Below are positions 1-12,897 of a stretch of DNA of 64,000 bases, piece after piece. The stretch comes from Scyliorhinus canicula (lineage: Eukaryota), in assembly GCF_902713615.1 (NCBI RefSeq), contig NC_052149.1:67445443-67509442 (forward strand), read 5' to 3'. The position numbers were made by a program, and so were the translations under genes. Numbering within the stretch: the first letter of the stretch is position 1; each line of letters opens with the position of its first letter. A model generated the notes under the pieces. That model was not told the origin of the DNA. It did no database searches and saw only the letters and a list, made by a program, of their open reading frames with translations.

Positions 1-39
1 CAGGAGAATATTTGACATGGTCCTGGAGCAGCACTATAG

Positions 40-750
40 ATAGCCAAGCAAACGGGGATTAGAGCATAGTTTATTATGGGCAGAATGCAATGCCCCCACT
101 GAGGCAGGTTCAGAGGGTGGCGGTTATGTGATAGACAGATTCCACCACCTTTTCGCCTACCTCTGAGTTAGTCCAGGATGGGAAGGCTCGAGGACATTTA
201 TAGCCCTTACATAACCACTTACATTAGCAGATGGCTAGGGGCATTCCACATGGGGAATACTCTGGCAGAGAGGCATGGGGCCTGACCAGGGGTCAGGGAT
301 GGTTGGGATGTTGACGTGTTCCTCCCCGCTGGACACTTCTCTCCATGCCTGATGGAGGCACCTGTTGATGGAAAAGAAGGGACCCAAAGTAGAATCCTCC
401 TCTGACCTTCGAATCAACAATCTACCTATCCCCTCACTACACATCCCTGAAGTGAACATGCCCCACCTGGGGGGGGGGGGGGGGGCACCATCGCCAATCC
501 TTTGCCTCGGGCTTACTGTTGTACCAGCAAAGACCACCCCGTTTCCAGCTGGTGGTCAGGCCTTCCACTGCAACCATAATAGTCTTGCAGGGCTAATTGC
601 TGACCTGCCATTAAAACTGTTATACTGACAGAAGCTGCATTTTGGAGCAGAAAACATCTCAATGGAGACAATAATTTCCAATTAAAATATAACCACTGTT
701 CTGGTGAAACAACATGGAAGAGAGGGAGCAGGATAAGCACAATAATTGCT
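40..750 (-). mobile_element. Decayed PIF/Harbinger element fragment (Myb/SANT partner gene remnant)
   Basis: Minus-strand translation contains 'FFSINRCLHQAWREVSS', resembling the 'LF...AW.EVA' motif of Harbinger Myb/SANT proteins; similar to remnants at 24780-24966 and 35860-36140. Confidence 0.45.
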
Positions 751-1599
751 CCACAGAGCTACAGCCTGCAGCTGCATGCAGACTTAAAGTAGTTATTTTA
801 CAAAGCACTCTTATTACATAATGGCAGGCATTGAGTGACCCCAGGGGCAGTCTCCCTCCTGTTCAGCATAAAACAATAGCTTCTTGGTCAATTGATATTT
901 TCAAGACAAGAGACCAATTTGTTTGGGTTTTAGTTAGGGTATCAAAGGAAGTTGAGATACCCAGCCATGTTCTAATCAAATGGTGATACAGGATCAAGGG
1001 ATTAAATAGCTTACTCCTGTTTCTGTGCAGCTTACTTTCTTGTGAATATTTTGAAATCTATTCTGTCAGGGATCAAGGGGTCAGGGAGCAGAAATAACAA
1101 TGTTTTTTAAAAAAGCAACACAGGAAGCAATGGAGGAAAACATTGGGGGGGGGGGGGGGTTAGATTCAACACATTTTTGAGATACTTCTGAAATTCTTTT
1201 TGGCTAATGTATTTTCAAATGAATGGGATTTCATTTAGGCTTCTCAACCTGCCTGCTTCAGGGTTGGCCTCCACTCCCACCTTGGGTCTGCCAAAATGGG
1301 CGCTTAATTAAGGCCCCGGCGACTGGAAAATCCTTGGCAGCCCGGAGATTGAGGCAGGAATGTTTCTTGGCTTAAGTCCTGTCTCCTGCTTCCCACCTCC
1401 CTTGGAAAAATTGGACCCTAGAGTTTTGCAATAAGAATAGAATACTTCAATGAGAGGGCTGAAATGGACATATATTAGATTGAGAGTATAGTTTCCAGAA
1501 ATGCTCATTGGGTTTGAGACTTGTTTCTTTTATGTATGTTTGAAGTATCACCGCATGTTAAGAAATATGATTCTTCACAGTGAGATGTATTTGACTGGA

Positions 1600-2160
1600 A
1601 CAAAATAGAAGACATGAACAAACTTGCAAAATGGGCATGTAACTGGCAAATTAATTTCAATTTAGATAAGTGAGGGTGTAATTTGGTACGATGAGTAAGT
1701 TTGAAAGGATGAAAAAGAGGCTACATTCTGCTTGGATCAAACGAATATAAATGCAGTGGAGGAACAAAGGAATCTGGAGTACCTTGAGCTATATAATTGC
1801 CTAATCATTAAAAAGTAACAAAGCAGGTTAATAATGTCATAAAAATGCAAACCAACAACTGGGATACATTTCTGGAGGAATAAAATTGAAAAGCAGAAAA
1901 TCTGTGTTAAAGTTGCACATAACCTTGATTAGACTGCACTGAGTACTGTGCTTCTTCTGCTCTTGGTATTACGAAAAGGATATTAAGGTACTTGAGCAGT
2001 TGCAATGAAAGATGTACAATTATGATACGAGAACTGAGAGGTGATAGCTATCAGGAAGAACAGAATATGCTGTGCCTTTTTTCTCTGGATAAGAAAAAAC
2101 TGAGAGGTGACCTGATAAACGTCTTAAAACATCCTAAAATTGAAGAGGTTCAGTAGGATA
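1600..2160 (+). mobile_element. Old CR1 LINE 3' ORF2 fragment
   Basis: Degenerate similarity to 62230-62740 of the in-window CR1 (W-Q-F-N-K segment, 'accttgattagactgcactgagtactgtg', 'tgagaggtgacctgata'). Confidence 0.7.
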
Positions 2161-3099
2161 GAGTCATAAGATATCATGGAGAGAGACCCTCTGGATATGA
2201 TAACCTAAGTGATTCCGAGGCTACCTTGACCCATCTCACTCAAGATTGTTGACCAATTCCGACCTCATGACCCGAAATGTTCGCTCCTGGATCGGGTGTG
2301 CAGAGACAAGAGAATTTGTGGCTCTGTGAACCTGACCTTTAAAAATAGGGACCTGCAGTGCTGATTTTTACTCTGGAGGCAGGCTGGATTAGATTTCAGG
2401 CCCACGGAACGATTATGGAGGCTGCTAAGTGTGGAGGTGCACTGAACAAAAGGAACTTTATTGTTTTAATTATTTTTTATTAAATTCATTCTACGCCTCC
2501 CCCCACACACACTCTCCATATGCTATCCATGTGAAAGTATGTCACCTCATGTCTCCGCTCATCCGCTAGGCTCCTAATGCATCGTCTGGCGTACAGCTCT
2601 GAGGACTGGGAGTGCGACCAGGAGGACTGGTCTCCATTAGTGGAAGATTGGGAGCGTAGGGAGGAGGCACCATCGGGAGAGTGAGGAATTATATTACACA
2701 TTAAACACACTTCTGAACAATCAGTATGACGCCTCTGTCACTTTCTTCCGCAGTGTGGGCCAACCTCCAAAGCCTTGGTCCATCTCTCCAGACATTTCCC
2801 ACCACCTGTCCCCGGGCACACCGCATGTCGGTGATGGGTGTGAGCGAGCACTCAGCAGAGAGGCAGGGGTCAGACTAAGGCATAGTCTGCGGGTTTCATC
2901 ACCCCCCCTGCACTCAACAGTGCCAACACAGTCAAAGCACCCTGGAGTGATGTGACACATGGCCTGGGAGGGTGGGAAATGGGAAAGAGGTGTGACGGAC
3001 CAGACCACGTCCTAGGTGAATTGGGCGAGTATGAGGGCCTCACTGGCCCTCCAGGCTTCCCAGACTCTGGCTATTGCTGCTGTCCTGCAGCCTCTGGCT

Positions 3100-4110
3100 G
3101 ATCCTCAGGTTCCTCCCCACCTCATCCTCCAGCCCCTGCTGATCCGGCGCTGCCTCACCATCCTCATCCTCCTTCTCGGAGTTAGCCACATGTTCCTCAT
3201 CTCCAACTTATCTCAACCTGCTGCTGTGCGAGGTTGTGGAGGCACAGCAGACCACCACAAAGCAGGCGACCATCGGAGCAGTGCACCACCGGAACGGATG
3301 AGGCATCGGTACTGCATATTGAGTAATCTGATGTATCGCTCGATCGTAGCCCAGGTGGCCACATGGGCCTCGTTATGCTGGGTCTCTGCTTCGGTCTCCG
3401 GCCTCTGTACTGCCGCCATTAGCCAGGTCCTCAGCCGATGCCCCTTATCCCCCAAGAGCCAGCCGCTGAGCCTGGGATGCTTCTCAAAGTGGCCGGGGAT
3501 GACCAACTGCCCAAGGATGTAGCTGTCATGCACACTCCTCGGAAAGCATGCATACACATGCATTACCTTTATATAGTGGTTGCATGTAAGCTGTATGTTG
3601 AGGGATTGGAACTCCATTTTTGTTAACGTAGGACACCCCCGATGACCCAGTGATCTCAGGACAACATACATGGCATTTATGGCTCACTGGATCTGCGGCA
3701 TCCTGACGGTGGCAGAGAAGCCTGCTGCCCGGGCATCTTGTTGTGCTTGGTCCATGCCAAAGGTTTTTTTTAAAATTTAGAGTACCCAATTCATTTTTTC
3801 CAATTAAGGGGCAATTTAGCATGGCCAATCCAACTACCCTGCACATCTTTTGGGTTGTGGGGGTGAAACCCACGCAGACATGGGGAGAATGTGCAAACTC
3901 CACACGGACAGTGACCCAGAGCCGGGATTCGAACCCATGTCCTCAGTGCCGTAGGCAGCAATGCTAACCACTGTGCCACCGTGCTGCCCGTCCATGTCAA
4001 AGATGATGTAGTTTTCCTCCCGGTTGTACAGGGCATCTGTTACCTGTGGGCTGTGGCCTGTGAGATACCACATAATGTGGCTCCCACCCCAGGGCCCTCC
4101 ATTTCCCCCA
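3100..4110 (-). pseudogene. Harbinger (HARBI1-like, DDE_Tnp_4) transposase pseudogene, interrupted by a SINE
   Basis: Translation: LCGISQATAH..VTDALY..YIIFDMDQAQQDARAAGFS..; FQSLNIQLTCNH..FPRSVHDSYIL..GWLLGDKG..WLM..ETEAE..HNEAH..TIER..RCL.RSGGAL; stops and frameshifts present. Confidence 0.85.
3763..3989 (-). mobile_element. HE1/V-type tRNA SINE, poly(A)-tailed short variant
   Basis: Head GGGCAGCACGGTGGCACAGTGGTTAGC with B-box GGTTCGAATCC; 13-bp TSD gtccatg(c/t)caaag at 3750-3762 and 3990-4002. Confidence 0.9.
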
Positions 4111-5579
4111 TTGATTCCCCCCCCCAAGCGGAAAGCCCTGCCACACCCAGCCACAGCGATCCCCCCTCAATGTACCCCAGACCCTGAACCTGAACCCCGG
4201 ACATGCGCTCGTAACATCATGGTCATGTCCCTGTGGCACTCACCCACCCTCCAGCCATGGACATGTCCCATCCACTGGATGTCCGGATATTGACTGCTGT
4301 GTGTGTGTGGTGTTGCCTAAGTATTCAGGGACAGTGTCCAGGCATCACGGTTTTATTGGAATGCTAGGCAATGACTCCCACATGCTACATGATCCGCCCA
4401 CACACGAGAATGCACTTGGGTTGTGCGAAGTGCACATTAACCATGATTGACAATTTCCTATTAGCAATATCCTTTAGACGCATGGCCAGAGGCCTCGGCA
4501 ATCGGTGGGTGTCATGGGTGGTTGTTGGGTTAGACGAGCAGGGTCAATGGTTGCCCCTGGAACAGATACACACGATCTAGGCATTGGTGGGTTGTGCCGC
4601 GAGCTGTTACCCTCCGCTCAGCGCCTCCCCCACCCTCCCATGGCAGCCACCCCTGTGGAGAGTCCACCATCCCTCATCAAGCACAGGGGCAGCAAGCCCA
4701 GCCTGTAAACAAAGATGGCTGAGCACCTCCTTGGCTCCCTGAAGAAGCCCTTCCTCCACGTTTCTAAAAAGGAGTACTAATCAGCGCCAGTGTGACCACT
4801 TGCTGGGGAGGCTGATGAATGACAGGAGGCTGTTGGATACGGGGTGGCTCTCGTTAATTGGATGAAATTGGGGATTAAGTGGTGATAATTGATTTCTCGC
4901 CACACTACGGCGAGATCCCGATTTCGCTTTGGGGAGCGAGCCAGGTGCATCACAAATTGATTGGCGCCTGATGTTTTTGGCCTCTTCCGCTATTCACCGT
5001 CCTAATTTTGCTTGAGTGAGAGCATTATGACGCTGAGAATCACACCCCCTGTGTTAACTCATGCCCTCCATGCTCTATCCTTTGCCCTAACCCTCCATTC
5101 CAACTCAATGGGTAAACCTCAGGAGCCATAATGACATAAAATAGAGTTGTATCTCTTGATACCATTATTAGTTTAAGCAAACAAACAAATACAAAATATT
5201 CTTTCAACTAATCATTTATGAATTCAAACATTTCTACTCTCCAACCACTTAAAGCTGTCAATCAAACCGCTCACTTAACAGGCACTTCACATTTCATGTT
5301 AATTTGTAAAATCAGTCATTGCAGCACAAACCCTTTGCTGATAACCCTCAAACTTATGCCAACAGTCAGAATGAAATATGGAACACTGATTTTTTTATTG
5401 AATTCCAGATTTTAAAAAAGATTTAAAGCCCAGCTGAATTAATTCTATTGACAGCTTTAACAGTTACCTATCCAAAAGGATAGCTTACTTACCCCAAAGG
5501 TGCCTTACCTCTCTGAAGGGTGCCTCGACCATATCCATAGGGGTACTTTACCTCACCAAAAGTCCCATCTCGGCCTTAT

Positions 5580-5790
5580 CCATAGGTCCCCAGCATCACT
5601 GATGGTAATTTTCAGCCAATTCATTCACCCACGTGATATCAATAAACAGCTCAGGGCATTGAATACTGGAACGATTATGGGCCCTGACAATATTCCAGCA
5701 ATAGTATTGATGACCTGTGCTCCAGAACCTGCCATGCTCATAGTCACGCTGATCCAGTACAGCTACAACAATGGCATTTACCAGGCAATT
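5580..5790 (+). mobile_element. CR1-clade LINE (second family) ORF2 fragment
   Basis: Translation 'LRALNT..MGPDNIPAIVLMTCAPE..LIQYSYNNGIY' matches the pre-RT region; same family as 63520-63850. Confidence 0.75.
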
Positions 5791-5879
5791 TTATCTTGAA
5801 TGAAAACCCAACTAAGGGGAAAAGTCCTATTCTGTATTGAGACGCAAAGATGTGATCAAATTCAACAAGTCCAGTTGCT

Positions 5880-6062
5880 TCAGACTCCCTACACCTCTCC
5901 ACCCCTCCAAGTTACTTTTCTTACATCTTTGACTTAGCCTTTGGTCAACTGGTCTAATATTCCCTATTATGTAGCTTGGTGTCATATTATAATTTAAAAT
6001 GCTCTTGTGAAGTGCCTTAGGATGTGTTATTATACTAAATGCACTCCATAAAATAGGTTATT
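5880..6062 (+). mobile_element. L2 LINE 3' tail fragment
   Basis: 'gctcttgtgaagtgccttaggatgt...' is a degenerate L2-type 3' end, reverse-complement-like to 40378-40445. Confidence 0.55.
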
Positions 6063-7004
6063 AAAAACAAATTGAACACATCATTCAAAATGACAATTTC
6101 TTTAAAAAAAATAGATGTCATGTCAGCAACCAGACCAAGACAATCAAAACCAGCTAAAATGTGGGAAAAAATATTGAAATTATGGAAGCAAAGTATGATG
6201 GCTGTCACTGATATTCAGCTTCATGCAATGGGAGGTTCAATTATCCCTCTGGTTGAACATTGTCCAGAGGTTGCTAGATTATATATGCAGTAGCTGTTCA
6301 GCCACTTGATGTTCTGGCTGGGTCATATTTTGTGTTTTCTGACAGCTAGCTAAAGATTTTTGCGAGATAACTATGCCAGGTCATCCACCTACTGTCAGGA
6401 GAGCAGTGACTAGAAGCAGACCTAAATAGATAACTGAAGTGATTAATTTTATATTTAAAATGTTAAAGTATAGGCACTTGGGACTGAGTCACAGGGTAGA
6501 AATCAGTGCTTATGCCTGTCTACCAGTGGAAATAAATAGAGGCGAAAATGGTTAACTTTGCAGGGCTATGCCCTGTAATGCAATGATGGCCAGGTGACCT
6601 TTAGGCATTCAGAATAGACACTTAAAAGAGGTGTCCAGCCCCCTGTATCTACTAATAAAGGGTCTAACATCTTCTTTAGCATGTCTCTGGGAAGTTGGAA
6701 AAGTTTGATTGGCATCAAATATTGTAGGTGCGGATGTAGTTACATCACTCCTGAGGGCTGCTGATGGGGATAATCGGCCCTCCTACTTTCCTACTGTTCT
6801 CTCCCACTGCTCCTGCATCTCTCATCTGCACCCCATACACTTACTTGGGGGCTGTTTCCTGTGAGCACAACTGTTGCTGACAGTTCACTGACCTTATTTA
6901 TGTGAGACCTCGGGCCTCCTGTTTTGGATGCAGCATTGATTCTGAGCGCAAAGACAGGACTAAGTAAATTTCTGTCTCTCTGACTCATCATGTTTCATGA
7001 AACA

Positions 7005-7232
7005 GGGCAGCACGGTGGCCTAGTGGTTAGCACAACCGCCTCACGGCGCTGAGGTCCCCGGTTCGATCCCGGCTCTGGGTCACTGTCTGTGTGGAGTTTG
7101 CACATTCTCCCCGTGTCTGCGTGGGTTTCGCCCCCACAACCCAAAAAATGTGCAGAGTAGGTGGATTGGCCACACTAAATTGCCCCTTAATTGGAAAAAA
7201 TAATTGGGTAATCTAAATTTATAAAAAAAAAA
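7005..7232 (+). mobile_element. HE1/V-type SINE, poly(A) variant
   Basis: Intact A/B boxes, A-rich tail, perfect 15-bp TSD atgtttcatgaaaca (6990-7004, 7233-7247). Confidence 0.92.
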
Positions 7233-7799
7233 ATGTTTCATGAAACACATGGAATTATGACTGACTGGTTTGATGCTTACGATAAACGTACCTATTTGAA
7301 CAGTTTGAATGATTTGTGTTTGGAATTACAAATATATTATTAATTCATTAAGGAGGTAAAAATTGTGAAAAAAACTGATTTCAAATATTGTGGTTACCAA
7401 TCTGAAAAACAATGTTGAAAACATTGCATGACTTCATTCATCAATTTCTGCTATTTTTCAGATTGGGATTGATAGATTATAAATATAATCGAAAAATGTG
7501 GTTGCTCCCCTATCTGTTTCTCCTTTGTTGTTCTTTGACACTTGTTGAATTTAGTTACTTAACAAATGCTCACATTTAGTCAGTCGTATGATGGATAACT
7601 CAAATAAATAACAATGTGCTACCTAAGATTTAATCGTCTAAGGGTGTATCTTCTGGCACAATGCTTTTCACAAGTATGGCACATTGAACATGTGGACAAC
7701 TTTAAGGTTTTTTTCTGGGTCAGGCATGACCAATTTTCTAATTCAAGTGACATTGTATGCTAGAAGACCCTGCCACTTTCACACAGCAGTATTCAAATA

Positions 7800-8870
7800 A
7801 AAGTAGGAACTGTAGGAAAATCATGCATCATATTTTCTGTTACTATACCTTAAGTTACACTTGCCTACTAACAACGGGATTCCCAGCAGAAATTCCTTAC
7901 ATCTGTCAGTGCCTATTGAACCAGAATTTTCTGACCATATTGCAGACATCCTGGGAATGCAGAAGGACGATCCACTTAACAAGGGAAATCATTTGGGAAT
8001 TGTGTTGTATGCTGCAGGCTGACCTGCAAAATAGCTCCAGTGCATCCATCACACTGCATCCTGATTCCCTCTTGAAGCTTTACCAAAACATCAGTGACAA
8101 CCTCTCTCACTTTCCCAAAATCTAATATTCATTTACAAAGCCGACTGTGGCAGAGAACCTGTTGGTTGCAATCCAAGTGTAACCTCAGGAATGGCAACAC
8201 AAGAGTGCATTCTGGCACTGATCCTATCAAGTGTTTGAAAGGTGATTGAGAGGTCATCTCATTCCCATGGAAGAGGCACAAGTGTCACTCCATCTCCACT
8301 CATTAATCTATGTAGGTTGAAAACTCCAAAACCCTTGGCCCCATTGGAGACAGCGCAGACACCACAGAAACACAGAGAGAGAGTCAGTTGAGTGAGCTGA
8401 GTTTTGATTTTAAAAAACCTCTGAGGGAAAACTAGGAGTGAAGCAGAGAAAAGGAGAGATTTTGGAAGAGATTTTGGGTAATATTAAAGCATGATGGTAA
8501 ATGTGCCTGTTTTCTCCACGTGCCTACACAGGAGTGAATGCTCGTCACCAACATTCCCCCAAGCCCGACCATGATGCCTTTGCCTCCGTGGTACAGGGGC
8601 CAATCTGTCCAAGGTTATTTTGGCCTTGACCCTGCTGGTGAAGCCATTTCTGCTCTATGGAAGCTGGTGCACTTCATTTCACTTGAAGTCCCAGCCTCCA
8701 CTGACGAGTGACGTTTCTATTAGCATGTCTGAGCAAATATTCCAGTTGTCAGGAAAGCTCACCTTATAGCTCTTAAATAAAGAAAATAACCACTCTCTGC
8801 TATTTTCAGTGGTGGGATCCTGCTGGAATTATAGTGACAGACCTAAGAGAAAATTTGTTGTCAACTTCTT
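7800..8870. mobile_element. Highly decayed Harbinger element remnant
   Basis: Plus-strand 'ECRRTIHLTREIIWELCCMLQADLQ' resembles the Harbinger transposase N-terminus; Myb-like remnant on the minus strand near 8560-8720. Confidence 0.5.
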
Positions 8871-9058
8871 AGTATATGCTTATACTTCATGATTTCCTTC
8901 ACCATGCTTCCGTTGGTGCCAGTGTATGATGTTTGACCTCTAGTGCGTCGCCATTTTCCTAAATACCACCTGAGAGACAGGTGCGCATGAAGTAGATGGC
9001 TGCTAACTCTTGGGATAATGGTGGCTCTTCTTTCATTGCACGACTGTCTGAGAAAGGA

Positions 9059-9252
9059 GGGTGACATGGTGGCACAGTGGCTAGTAATGCTGCCTCATGG
9101 GTTCGATCCAAGCCCAGGGTCACTGTGCACGTGGATTTTGCGCATTCTGCCTATGACTGCGTGCGTCTCACCCCCACAACGCAAAAAGAGGCACAGGGTT
9201 GGTGGATAGGCCACGCTAAATTGCCCCTTAATTGGAATTTTAGAAGAAAAAA
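9059..9252 (+). mobile_element. HE1/V-type SINE, poly(A) variant, degenerate
   Basis: Similarity to 7005-7232 including 'ccacgctaaattgccccttaattgg'. Confidence 0.8.
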
Positions 9253-9964
9253 TGGCTGGAAAAGGATAAACTAATCTGAATCACCAATGCAGATAACTGG
9301 GCAACCTGGCCCTGGAACTTTATTGCCGGCAATACAGACATCTAAGGAGATCAGCTGGAGGACATGTTTGACTACCGAGAATAAAACTTCAACATGAAGA
9401 AAACACAGTTAAGAGACCATAATGCCAAATTTACTGCATACAATATCATGGGAAATCTAACTATTAATCAGAATAATAAGTTGTATTATCCCAAAAGAAA
9501 TGTTTAATTATATAAAGACAATATATATGCATTTTCTTCCCTAGCTGCAGCTCGCTCCTCTGTATGGCAAGTCGAGAAAACAGCAGACCATTAATCCTCA
9601 CTCTCAAGTGTTTTCCAAAAACACTTTCCTCTTCTCTACTTTGCTCCTACAGTTTCCCTCAAGAGGTTTTCTTTTTGCAAAATTAAGCTTACTTTCATCT
9701 GTCTCTTCTCTTTGTTTCAGTGGTATCAGGAAATAGAATGCTTATATTTTATGTCAACAAAAGACAAGTGTGATAATTAGAGGATACATGTTTCCATCAA
9801 AATTCAACTTTTTTGAAAACTGAACTGCTATTAAGATGAAGAAAGACATTTTGTTTCTTTATGTAAGCATAATATGCTTCCTGTAGTTTCGGAACAAAAG
9901 ATATAACAGATGTATAATCAATGTACCCTTTCATTCTCCCTCTTTTTTCATACACAACTTCTTT

Positions 9965-10705
9965 CAGGAGAAAAAAGAGACATGTCAAAGCTTTTTTTCT
10001 TGCACTCATCAGGACACTCTGCAAGAATATCAATATAAGGGGAAAATAACAATTTATACTGTAGGAGAAGAAAATGCTGATTGGTTGGCAAGTGGATTCT
10101 AATAGGCAGAAGTGTTGCCATGGAGAATGTACCAGTTGATGGTGACTGACTATTAACTGCCAAGCATTGTTTGAAATTTAAACCAGACAGCCTGACCCTT
10201 ATTAATTAAGACGTTGCTTTGGGGAATGAGTCAACAAATGGCTGCATAGAATACCTACAATGCAGAAGAAATTTATTTGGCCCTTCGAGACTGCAACGGC
10301 CCCCTGAAAGCACACCCTACCTAGGCCCACAACTCAGCCCTGTCCCCATAACCCCACCTAACCTTTGGACACTAAGGGGCAATTTAGAATGGCCAATTCA
10401 CCTAATCTGCACATCTTTGGACTGGGAGCAAACTGGAGCACCCAGAGGAAATACACTAGACACAGGAAGAATGTACAAATTTCACACGGCCAGTCACCAA
10501 AGGTTGGAAACGAACTGGGTCCTTGGCGTTGTGGGGCAGCAGTGCTAACCACGGTGCCACCATGCTACCCCCCAGTCACTTATTTTAAACAGCTAAAGTG
10601 GGCACATTTTGTAAAGCTGAAGTGGACACAATGTGTGCATATCACCTTTCTGTCTGCAAAGAACACGGCCTTGTGTATTGTGTATTTATATATGCAGATC
10701 CTCTG
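9965..10705 (-). mobile_element. Penelope-like (PLE)-type non-autonomous repeat with degenerate minimal hammerhead motif; interrupted by a SINE
   Basis: Minus strand reads tgtc-CTGATGA-gtgcaag-aaaaaaa-gct-tt-gaca at 9983-10016; the adjoining sequence resembles a shark interspersed repeat recalled from memory. Confidence 0.45.
10245..10570 (-). mobile_element. HE1 SINE (CR1/HER1 tail), older copy
   Basis: Reverse complement of the HE1 head, V-domain and CR1-type tail. Confidence 0.85.
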
Positions 10706-10854
10706 ATACTCTTGTCAGTTAAAGGAAAGTAGATGATAGGTTTTGGAGACCAGACTTGGAGGCATAAATATTGAAGGGTGGGGAGCAATGCGCGCAGAGT
10801 ACCCTGAATGATGCATCATTTTGGTTGGACCTCCTTTTGAGGAAGAAGTGCTGT

Positions 10855-11195
10855 CTGGTAGCACAGTGGTTAGCAATGCTGCCTCATAGCGTCAAGGACC
10901 CAAGCTCAATTCCAGCCTTGGGTGACTGTGTGGTTTTGTGTAAAGTTTGCACTTTCTCCACATGTCTGCTTGGGTTTCCTCCAGGTGCTTTGGTTTCCTC
11001 CCACAGTTCAAAGATGTTCAGGTTAGATGGATTGGCCATAATAAAGTTACCTCTTAATGTCCAGGGATTTGCAGGTTAAGGTGGGGTTATGGGGATAGGG
11101 TAGGGTAGTGGGCCTCGAGGTAGGTTGCTGTTTCTCAGGGTTGGTGAAACTCGATGGGCCGAATGACCTCCTTCTGCACTGCAGGGATTCTATGA
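10855..11195 (+). mobile_element. HE1 SINE (CR1 tail)
   Basis: Head, 'gggtttcctccaggtgct..ggtttcctcccacag' core and tail 'gggccgaatgacctccttctgcactgcagggattctatg'. Confidence 0.85.
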
Positions 11196-11199
11196 TGCT

Positions 11200-11330
11200 A
11201 CGATGGAGAGCTCTGAAACATCCTGGTCGGGGATGGAAGTGTGGAGGAATTGGATGTCCATAATGAAGAGGAAATGGTAGGACTGGAAACGAGAAGCTGT
11301 TAGAGTGACATAGAGCATCGGAAGAACCCA
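11200..11330 (-). mobile_element. Penelope-like retroelement RT fragment
   Basis: Minus translation 'FLFIMDIQFLHTSIPDQD' resembles the PLE RT motif LFTMDVQSLYTSIP. Confidence 0.65.
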
Positions 11331-11597
11331 CTTGTGTCACTGTGTGTGCGGAGTCTGCACGTTTTCCTCGTGTCAGCGTGGGCTCCAGTTTCCTCCAACA
11401 GTCCAAAGATGTGCAGGTTAGGTGGATTGGTCATGCTAAATTGTCCTTAGTGTCCAAAAAGAAAATAAAAGGTTAGGTGGGGTTACGGGGATAGGTTGGA
11501 GGTGTGGGCTTAAGTGGGGTGCTCTTTCCAAGCACTGGTGCAAACTCAATGGGCCGAATGGCCTCCTTCTGCGCTGTAAATTCTATGCTTCTATGAT
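11330..11597 (+). mobile_element. HE1 SINE, 5'-truncated
   Basis: V-domain plus CR1-type tail 'gggccgaatggcctccttctgcgctgtaaattctatg'. Confidence 0.85.
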
Positions 11598-12561
11598 AAC
11601 CATGGATGTAGGTCAGAAAAGAAACTGTGCAAAGGGAGAAAGAAAATGTAGTTGGGATAGGAATTAATAAGTTCAGTGTTTTAAGAATAGGTTGAAATAA
11701 TGGGCTGGATTGTATGGCCTGCCCGGGGTGTATGTTTTCAGTGGGGGTTTGTGGCAGGTAAAATATATCAAGTGGTGAGCCCACTACCTTCCCACCACCC
11801 CAGACCTGGTCCCCATTATACAGTGGGGGTGGGTAAGGCTGTGGAGGAAAGATCTCCAACTCTTCCAAAGAGCGGACACAGGTACAATGGACCGAATGTT
11901 TTGTTTCTGTGCTGTATGATTCTGTGACAATCTCCATGTTAGTATTCACCTAATTTGCAATGTAAAAAAAACACAAACGGAAAACACAAACGGAAACTGT
12001 TGTCAGTTGAAGGATTTTGTCAAAAGGCATAAAAATACCATAGCCAGTTTCTGGAGTATGCCTGGGGAGACAATATAGCATAGCCATTCAATCGTAACTA
12101 GATATTGAACAGACCTCAAAGAAATGAGCCTGGAAGGTCTGCCACAGAGGAAAATCGACTGCAAAGCTACAAGTGTAAACAAGTTCTGCTAACCTGGTCG
12201 GATAAATTGGATAAGAGAATGAATGAGTCCAAATGTCTATCAGATAACGGATGACTATATTGTAGAAGTACTTTAAGTGCACAAAGAGGAACTGTGGCAA
12301 TCTTCACCATTTTCACTGCTACTGCTCATTCATTGCTGGTACAGACCAACTCCTACATTATTGGATTTTCAAAACGTACACACGCAATACCCCCAACCAC
12401 CCGCCCCACACCGCCCCCTTCCCAAACAGTATGTACTGATGACATTCTTGACTTGTTACTACATCGTGAGTATTTGATCCAGCACATAATGAAACCTTTT
12501 TTGCAACAATGTCTATCTGTCGAAGTTAATAAATAGGTTTTCATTTAAAAGTACGACATAC

Positions 12562-12897
12562 CATAGAATTTACAGTACAGAAGGAGGCTATTCGGCCCAT
12601 CGAGTCTGCGCCGAGAGCACCCTACCCAAGGTCAATACCTCCACCCTGTCCCCATAACCTAGTAACCCCACCCAACACTAAGGGCATTTTTGGACACTAA
12701 GGGCAATTTATCATGGCCAATCCACCTAACCTGCACATCTTTGGACTGTGGGAGGAAACCGGAGCACCCGGAGGAAACCCACGCACACACGGGGAGGATG
12801 TGCAGGCTCCGCGCAGACAGTGACCCAAGCCGGAATCAAACCTAGGACCCTGGAGCTGTGAAGTAATTGTACTATCCACAATGCTACCGTGCTGCCC
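12562..12897 (-). mobile_element. HE1 SINE (CR1 tail), young subfamily
   Basis: Near-identical to 20037-20380 and 30790-31143. Confidence 0.92.

Larger units (their letters stand above)
2380..5049 (-). mobile_element. Decayed PIF/Harbinger DNA transposon
   Basis: Contains the HARBI1-like transposase remnant; right end 'gagaatcacaccc' resembles the TIR of the in-window MITEs; left boundary uncertain. Confidence 0.65.

Noticed and set aside
3213-3671. Possible domesticated HARBI1 gene
   Set aside because: The first catalytic motif is destroyed, and stops, frameshifts and a SINE insertion are present; a transposon fossil
7005-7085. tRNA-like sequence with A and B boxes
   Set aside because: It is a SINE head continuing into body and tail with TSDs, not a tRNA gene; the same holds for the other copies
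12697-12879. Recurrent peptide 'GHCLCGVCTSSPCVRGFPPGAPVSSHSPKMCRLGGLAM' found many times
   Set aside because: Translation of HE1 SINE copies, not a gene family
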